A DNA stretch of 64,000 bases from Candidatus Kaiserbacteria bacterium (lineage in GTDB: Bacteria; Patescibacteriota; Minisyncoccia; Phycocordibacterales; UBA2100), in the NCBI GenBank assembly GCA_023267655.1, contig JAHFMV010000001.1:31954-95953 (forward strand). Reading direction: 5' to 3'. The first letter of the stretch is position 1. Every line of letters starts with the position of its first letter. Shown here one piece after another: positions 60,501 through 64,000 of this stretch. The position numbers were made by a program, and so were the translations under genes. The notes below the pieces were generated by a model. The model was not told the DNA's origin. It saw nothing but the letters and a program-made list of their open reading frames with translations, and did not search any database.

Positions 60501-63500
60501 GCGTTGGGTATCTTTGAACGCTCACTCGCATGGGTGGCAAACAAAATAAATGGACGTCAAACGCCAATTGCCCAGGCGCCGCAAGAGCCGATTGGTATCG
60601 GCCCGAACGGCGAATATATTTATCCGAGCCTGCAGAGTTACGATACCGGCGCGCCACAATATGTACCGTCAGTCGCAGAGACAAAACCAACGACTCCCGC
60701 GCCAGCGACCCCTAAAATAGTGCCGCCTTCTCCGGCGCCAACCATTTCGAAACCTGCACCTGTGCCTTCAGCGAAACCTACGACCTTGCCGAATAACCCG
60801 GTGATCAGTCTGCAGACCAAGGTTAATGGTGTATACGTTACGGCACAACGATTAGTGAATTCTGGGGACGCCATGGCAGCAGCGGGCGCTGCGAAGAATT
60901 GGAGCGGCGTGCAAGCAGCTAATGCGTCGCGTAAAGTCATTTACAATACGATTCGGGCACAACTAGTCACGGCGATGAACGACTCTTTGACCCCAACGGC
61001 GGTGAAAGAAGAAATTGCCGCACAATTGAGTCGCGCCGACGCCTATAACAGACCTCTGAATGCCGATGCGCGACTCTCCGAACTCGGCGTATTTTTCAGC
61101 GGTGTCGATGCTGTTGCAAACCGCATGGCCGTGAATGGTCTTGGATTCAAGAGTGCGGTCAATACCGCGGTATCACTCGCTGATCGTCTTGTTACTGATG
61201 CGACCAATGAGGCCATTGCGAACCAGACGCTTCCGCCGGAAACCGTAACCGGCATTATGGGGCGTCTTACAGAGGCGAAGACACTTTTGGAGCAGGCGGA
61301 AAAAGATGTAGAAGTGGCACGGGACGCGGGCAATTTAGCAGGTGTACGTCTCGCGCAAGATCGCGTGAGTAAAATCGTAAATACGCGTATAGCGCCTGCA
61401 GTGCGCGAGCTTGTCGCTCTTCCTGAAGTGCTGCCGACGAATAAAGAGATCATGAATACAAGACTTGTGGAGGCACTTGGAAATGTGGCGGAGATTGATA
61501 CCGGACTTACGTCATTTGCCTCAAAGTCACCACTGGAAAAAGCAAAGGCGCGCGATGACCTTGCTGCGACCCTCTCGGTAGAGGCACAAGCTCTCAAACA
61601 AAACTTGACGGCATTACGTGGCCCTGATGCACTGGTCATGCTCTCGTCAATCCCGACAAACACATTACCGGCTAAAATACAGAAAGAGATCCAAGACTTG
61701 ATTGCAGCCACGAAAGAGATGTCGGCAGCACAGAAAGAGCTCGAAGATGCGGGGAACCTCACAGATGAGGGGGCGCAAAAGACAGCGGCGATTGCCGCGA
61801 ACGTAAAATTTCAAAAGGCATTCACGGCGCACGACCTTGCGGTTTCAAATCTGATTGCAGAGGACTTTATTTCTATTGAATTGATTAGTCAGATTGCTGG
61901 TGCGGTGGACATCATCGCCGGCCAGATGACGCAAGTCAACAATTTACTTGGTGGCGGAAATGTTTTCACCCTTGCCGGCTTTAAGATAAGCGGCGTACCG
62001 ACTAACATTTCCGCACAACTGATAGGTCTCGTCCTCGCGGTCCAGCAGAACACGGCGGAGATCAACCGCGGCCTTGCTGATGCCGTTCGTGCAAAATTCA
62101 AGCTGGGCGGAATTTCAACAGGCGATTTGAAATTTAGCGGTGTTGCACCAACACCATCATCAAATCTCGATACGGCGATCGTCGTGAGCGGTGGAGGCGT
62201 TGCGGTGTCCGGAACCGGTTTTCTCTTGTCGAAGTATGGTGGTGCAATTCTCGCCGCTATAAAGAATGGGTTGCAGGCTACGATTGCTCGAATAACGCCA
62301 GCTCCACGCGCTCAAGTCATTCCTGCAAATGTCGGCGTGAAAAACCCTGCGGGTATTACAAAGTTGGTATCTCAACTGGGAACTACCCCAGCGAACCCGA
62401 CACCGAACCCCGCAACAAATCCGCAACCAGCACCGACTTCTCCAGCCGCGACTAAGCCAGGGACAAGTGCGCCGACACCGGCGGCACCTGTGCCGGCAAA
62501 ATCCCCAACGTCGCCGATTCGACGGATTGCATCGCAAATGAAATCGTCTGCGGAAAATATTCTTAACAAATTTAAGACCGGAACGAATGCTGCCGGTGCA
62601 GGCACTCCTCCGGTTCAACTAGAGCTACCTCTTGAAGGTGGAAGTACGAATACAAAAACATCAGCGCGAACTTCGTATGTACGAAACGCATGGGATGCGT
62701 GCAAGCGGTATCCAATTATCTGTGGCGGCTTGATTGTTGCAGGCATTGGCACGCCGCTCGCGCTTCTTGTCACCGATTGGGATTCGAGCCCGCCCGCAAC
62801 CGCAAAACCTGAAGCAGAAACTGCCACGCCTCCAGGCGCTTCGCCAGATGCATCGAAACTGCCGCCTGGTACTCCTGATCCGAATGCGGGGAAGAATGCC
62901 CCGAATCCGGGAGCGGCAAAAACCGGTCCAACGGGGAATGGTTCCGATGCAAGTAAAGATGGAAAATCTGCCTCTGGAGGCGGTGCGGGTGGACTCGGAA
63001 ATCTTCTCCAGAATGCTCTCAAAGCACTGGCACCTATCTTGCCGCAATTGTGGAACTCACTCTTTGGACCGAAACCACCGGAGACGCCGAAACCTGTCGT
63101 GCCGAGCGTCACACTGACTGCGAAGCCAACATCGGTTGATTCTGGAAAGACCGCGCAACTTTCATGGTCAGGAGAAAATATTGCGAACTGCACTATCTAT
63201 GGCCCGGGAAATTCCACGCTTACTTCCGGCGGTGTGAGTGGCACGGTTGCGACGCCAGCGCTCAAGCGATCGAAAGAATTCGGCATCGCATGCTCCGGAT
63301 CGGACGGGACATCGATCACGAGCGCGACGGTGACGGTGAAAGTAAATGGCGATAGCCAGACGCCGATCTCTGTCGTATTTCCCGATGGTTCTTCGAGTGG
63401 TTCGTCACTCTCAACCCCGCAACAAGGAACGCAAGGAACACCAAATGGTCAGGGAACGACACAAAACCAAGGGACGGGTGGCACGCCCAACGTCGGTACC

Positions 63501-63662
63501 AACGGGGGGACGAACGAAGCGCCCGTGACGCCACCAGTTACCGGGCATGATGATAAGGGAAATAACGTGTCACCGTATTGCGACCCTGGCCTGCCGATGG
63601 ATGCATTCGTGCAGTGTCTATGCCGTCTTGATCCGACAGGATGCAAGCCGTGGAAGAAGTAG
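48597..63662 (+). CDS. Giant (5021 aa) secreted multi-domain protein with predicted peptidoglycan hydrolase modules
   Basis: Signal peptide; three M15-like motif sets (SDHPLGRAAD, SAH..AMD..IHLD, SDHLTGRAID); RlpA-like AHKTLDFGT..VNERGPY..LD; alpha/beta hydrolase-like YLHG..YSGGY..MDA; coiled coils; late TM helix and Ig-like end. Confidence 0.85.
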   Translation: MIGANRAAYFCVGATLFFAVFCAFILISGTVDALGTASGSAGSGADKTCKWNPTTKKYEDNGCIAEKGKCNDKGKCELQKDSGGAANCKDAAGQTGCGGLNQPGSVQPASQPSTLQPTPSILDNPLPPQPSTIDPTKAFNDSSAYNDPNALTPATENKPIWQRAWDYLTKPQPVPASPGYINGSEDFGAPSGSDAKTLQPVNPLDANDPRNQLVPPPGQQGSTFGPDESGMITGSNEIADASYLDRIEKKIADSAEKFVNWLTAPAEPVYGPTDSGEQLKQSPFPQREVYQDADGMFRYRDTGELASETDVARVPSETSKPFETRPPEELTKPYDDAVDKLRGAREKYVDELKKIEGYQKQAEADAAKLQAMKDKGTQTVPYEGGATKNINDAIRDNNARLERIANAYNDVDGRINGIDDRIDAAAVGKQDAIDRWGALQDGTKPTLASEVNAAAFRALDKMTADLNAQYPDEMTGSVSPEGYNKLQEGLQKVETLREVVAAPPGNRPDIVLQVERFKYSAYFAEAQQNAKELQAEYNRLTALDGLEGGSSPETLRAKASLAAAQEDLKQRTIMAVGVSELSRQYQDLQGAALAAAQGTDSKVLEDIQARMAKIESVIPQLQMGDIAPDPRYAELQKQLQLEAENISKIANASSFQPDGSILPSSDLADAQKRQADLQAELKSINGTLYNRLENLAVGRALEDARVQQVRYEFGNAANAPSLKDPTALKASDWYTLAGISGNQVGHIADRLSDIATNDAVTILQHNPFEFNTGNKFLDFFANQPAGIYESFANVFSLGKLSTDPAQQLGLYTGTEQAIKYGIDGVNVGLTPFLIRDIAAVTVGLGRLGYEGLAARLGTEDLSALEIASAADARLLGENLARAETRVLDSTGLADYGANVAARDLAVQELKQANLGLSVKGDVVDLNTGQTLSFRDAAGRYSEIGSAEADAVAALRTEELRPSVFSKDFYTNLSNDVRNFFAKPTDEQLLANAETRVQSLERMNTELDKRATIVEGNRGKATEQATDTLRSDPKFTPDRQQVRDIARRDAELTSARLKEIEAQKIANNEALVGAREELARLQKLAESRQPSTAPVRDTAERTESAAGRPAASVEPSSLPPTRLQQFAGDVRAYLADRIPTPLQNAWAAARDWYANASLVPRPSGGFARVLNIGALASQLLGTPLPGLAARESTSLGQSASRVVTTQTGREVFSGGRVVIERQISPFDFGAEFREPVAPTVRIGELSDVTTRPVGELRETPPVRNGDSLSPSENAPTALENGAVPREVLPGTQISVDQVTPAPIQSPPTSPFAIVAPALTANPFSNPTDSAAPSTVDFTTGIDIARGLPSNPFLSIDGSTVHIDIPTNVNSRSVSPFSLAIAPGIVLAPIPAAPAPVVNPRNSEDQVAPNGPQVPAAPAPQASRNGSPAPSQIAPTPAANLAPPVPSSIAPVTNQPVLLARRLANWWNNTPQTGANPTPQWIRELIFYATEPYHYYGADQISLNNAILGITSGQHFTLSPDFYKNDKSLGRNTPEYVQGLLDPWRVYLGLPQLYGTLSVSQFKPTVNSGDQQNKQYYKINNFLDNYAKNSTISQTSAEAIKIMVNQVQLFGKKTGTGLSVIENDFGQSGIMGGYTLSLGEDASGKYISYYDNWKLASSDGRGSLEGTSGLVGTPFEIYDRIYYNPDTFEPITDVNLAKATAADTALLASGDFGVGAAQPATTIATLPMQTLSFLPILQAVTQPLTSAVGNIFKILANNVISTPAQGQPAQINANNAFALAKPTDVAQLNQYLVKSPLGLLGGRLEAGMGEAVSIRINPTPNRWNASMGDYGQYIANVLRAAGDPQASYNPSTQRLTLSRGLNNITVTGLLRFATALKDQGITFGLQNAFRDEAAQRAAGSDPAVASDHPLGRAADADLRCNSCKGTQGSSEWKTDFEKRIMKAAITAEVQQIDMYGFGVRDTSLGAKNLVYAVHVGWSEFRNGGIESTGAFANTHRNGYAGAQVGVPGTLSGATAQDPEAQALWKQLNDASRLPKDSASLYAAIQKQDATQLVALLSKQPKPIQPTYASFFRPSSAPKSAYDKAIDLGYNLSGMKDLVIDPDGFARNGTFRMSLIKAAVGLDGLNGVKVGQGGEKYVKFKTPGQGLAADVILTQGYIAIGLNTPRKIAMGGYLASDPDHPVSEADMPKEIVAYLTRLKTGGGEPDVVLDPNNLDQLIRNADARACAEEGQFGFCTGSIRSAADKEEAKKIVARAAVITQLQPEFTPNAIPKGPVAAAQLPQLKPATIAALDGKPTQPAGPQVTESKAKAAADAGVAKKAAEAKAAADAKAAEGAKILADAAAKPSLRDRAKEIAERIDTNEQKAKLANNAKTFTDLGISAKMITNSPWQTTLMSTYGYTGDRSAGSIKTASGVIRNNTLYSVAHKTLDFGTILEVEREAGGKVYIELAVVNERGPYVAGRGLDAVPAFSKAMGLSGDRNADVVEVRFRIVGQLVGSGYSNSIAGFKPEQSKQLIAGLQLGPSAPNLPGERVAEKARETVPKVVEVAKREIGKIAGIARPASPSRSATPDISVVTPVLTRVVQQGVDAGKLPTDLIVSLDNGALRGLSASKPDLTFTFDVRGASAGQSIAKSQWEFARNYSSDASKPEGRIYSKDEYNQFVAQIQKDGGPSLISFDSLPPAARQLVGTTPKSLGGVKLGLSKEAIVKQSAVYFAIQELSGKKVAIGPSMLRPDVNTYSSRQSAHGPLDSNPRSRFTAMDLFIAPEYMDTAIRLANNIGIRGINIYDGTYDQVGPGYKQIHLDMGSVWTGTASRTYSDLKIRTMLLAHAAGQKLSLSDQVVAYINNSKPVPASAQQIVVLQSSILAGKSIVAGLRPSSAEVFTYTLAADDPALAQGVLAAKAPASGTPGNPLSIASLGDYLKAKDIAFTEIKPDTDGSLIVILQNGTQIPVQQTAAATQAITLEPEKNYSLSYLRSLNQPSLKLFLSAANGVSGDRFINGRMLGVVMPIIAEYNTKFGSPPIINGIGRSPAVNSAVGGASNSDHLTGRAIDFKTVDQPSDRVAALISMLRAKNIDLITRTHGQGPHTHASLRRAPTVQELANLRFQTSAQPQYALINPSTNQTIASFTPKDLVARPVVVVAGSGAPSVAPQSPAIAWLTQRGNIIAKNLNTVRSAVGLGGSSAPAQTAQNVPPQTPQPQQVAQPTVVKSEFNTSFTSAPKAGHPVFLSAPAGLNPNQKILKVVYLHGDLESTFPLTIVRQRVSEQVVGSDLNAVAIAPYFGSTVANNVGRFDGQGAFKSFLAESDQKLAALTGLPVSAFSGGPVVIVDYSGGYGPLGAVIARGDANDLVQGIIMMDAGYGVKTTLPAVAAWVAQNPSKFLVSAYTGSTASGNAVLKNLLGNKLTTTAALPAGETMRPGTVAVIKAQGTSLTPHRNFVTTAGVTTGGKEDPITALLKILPASSGAVARAPTPPSSEVAVVKPPAPAPIQAGGALPAARPPTEGQAPTLFEQMYTWWLHSRDVWNEKIMSRLARAPQAPVAQAPTPQVVTPAPTAPAPLPLPTAPAAKPAPTAPAAIPAQKPAAQTPAKGNANTQALQEQITIAQRALEALRAARTASQGSQTQAVAQQARSAAAQLITATDKIAKNPEVSVLSRDALRVQQQSMTTNRGTLEGAVSAGNISGAQRAADRIDSAATQFLTTARSAAQAAASRAQLQATAAKVPGTILVFAGTPANAYDTVTRRFNTVAPVIVSPFGYASSIESAYIASLGARQLRYGENASLEQQVAVARAREMGLEFMMKRYFGISSIAEMPLSPINGYYLSAERADYLEARAERVNLEIQRTQGEIQALTLLPQRFTDPVLRARFDALANQLAAQEKDLADTEAMKTLAYENFLKERAKKFSSRADLLSKIQIRNADLEERIGIGYQNINVKIAQFDLSTKATIVDVQIDRDILKRVDEGTLTLGPVNQSSDALGIFERSLAWVANKINGRQTPIAQAPQEPIGIGPNGEYIYPSLQSYDTGAPQYVPSVAETKPTTPAPATPKIVPPSPAPTISKPAPVPSAKPTTLPNNPVISLQTKVNGVYVTAQRLVNSGDAMAAAGAAKNWSGVQAANASRKVIYNTIRAQLVTAMNDSLTPTAVKEEIAAQLSRADAYNRPLNADARLSELGVFFSGVDAVANRMAVNGLGFKSAVNTAVSLADRLVTDATNEAIANQTLPPETVTGIMGRLTEAKTLLEQAEKDVEVARDAGNLAGVRLAQDRVSKIVNTRIAPAVRELVALPEVLPTNKEIMNTRLVEALGNVAEIDTGLTSFASKSPLEKAKARDDLAATLSVEAQALKQNLTALRGPDALVMLSSIPTNTLPAKIQKEIQDLIAATKEMSAAQKELEDAGNLTDEGAQKTAAIAANVKFQKAFTAHDLAVSNLIAEDFISIELISQIAGAVDIIAGQMTQVNNLLGGGNVFTLAGFKISGVPTNISAQLIGLVLAVQQNTAEINRGLADAVRAKFKLGGISTGDLKFSGVAPTPSSNLDTAIVVSGGGVAVSGTGFLLSKYGGAILAAIKNGLQATIARITPAPRAQVIPANVGVKNPAGITKLVSQLGTTPANPTPNPATNPQPAPTSPAATKPGTSAPTPAAPVPAKSPTSPIRRIASQMKSSAENILNKFKTGTNAAGAGTPPVQLELPLEGGSTNTKTSARTSYVRNAWDACKRYPIICGGLIVAGIGTPLALLVTDWDSSPPATAKPEAETATPPGASPDASKLPPGTPDPNAGKNAPNPGAAKTGPTGNGSDASKDGKSASGGGAGGLGNLLQNALKALAPILPQLWNSLFGPKPPETPKPVVPSVTLTAKPTSVDSGKTAQLSWSGENIANCTIYGPGNSTLTSGGVSGTVATPALKRSKEFGIACSGSDGTSITSATVTVKVNGDSQTPISVVFPDGSSSGSSLSTPQQGTQGTPNGQGTTQNQGTGGTPNVGTNGGTNEAPVTPPVTGHDDKGNNVSPYCDPGLPMDAFVQCLCRLDPTGCKPWKK

Positions 63663-63729
63663 CGGCATTGGCGTGATAGAGTGGGGCAAGAAGATAGGAT
63701 ATACTTGTGCTATGGAAGGAGTATCTAGT

Positions 63730-64000
63730 ATGAACGAGAAACAACCACGGCGCGCGGAGCGTGGAGCGATGCGTTGGGTGCGGATGAGCGGCAGAGCCCT
63801 TCACGATCTTATACTCGCAGGAGCTGCGGTTGCGTTCATCTACGGGACTGGTGACCGTGTCGTCGATACTATAAAGAAGGACATACGCAGCGGCGATGCA
63901 AAGCATGCAGCTGCAAGACTTGCGGAAAAGCAAAAACAAACAGCAGGCCCCGTATTAGGGAAGCCTGGGCTCACCGATTACACATACCTGCAGGTACAGG
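63730..64000 (+). CDS. Hypothetical membrane-anchored protein, truncated by window end
   Basis: AAGGAG upstream; MNEKQPRR...LILAGAAVAFIYG open to the end. Confidence 0.55.
   Translation, partial: MNEKQPRRAERGAMRWVRMSGRALHDLILAGAAVAFIYGTGDRVVDTIKKDIRSGDAKHAAARLAEKQKQTAGPVLGKPGLTDYTYLQVQ

Overview
Bacterial chromosomal segment using genetic code 11. Gene content suggests Patescibacteria/CPR, probably Parcubacteria (inference from the giant ATST-repeat/S74 surface protein, Gmad2 protein and sparse metabolism). Housekeeping genes (metK with a SAM riboswitch, yvcK, nth, mutY, rnj, oppA-like, secG, groES/groEL, folP/folK) are interspersed with five type II/VII toxin-antitoxin pairs, a polysaccharide-related locus and three large secreted proteins (1959, 861 and 5021 aa). 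The 5021-aa protein carries several predicted cell-wall hydrolase modules. The most striking unexplained structure recurs at five loci (six cargo segments): a cargo of TA pair, PG-binding protein or folate module sits between an intact gene end and a stranded, usually diverged, second copy of that same gene end. No integrase or transposase is recognisable in the window. Also seen: palindromic mini-elements inserted in frame into coding genes, a 130-145 bp structured repeat with compensatory changes, and many -10 boxes placed directly before start codons (leaderless-type architecture). All calls are by eye from motifs; no database searches were run.
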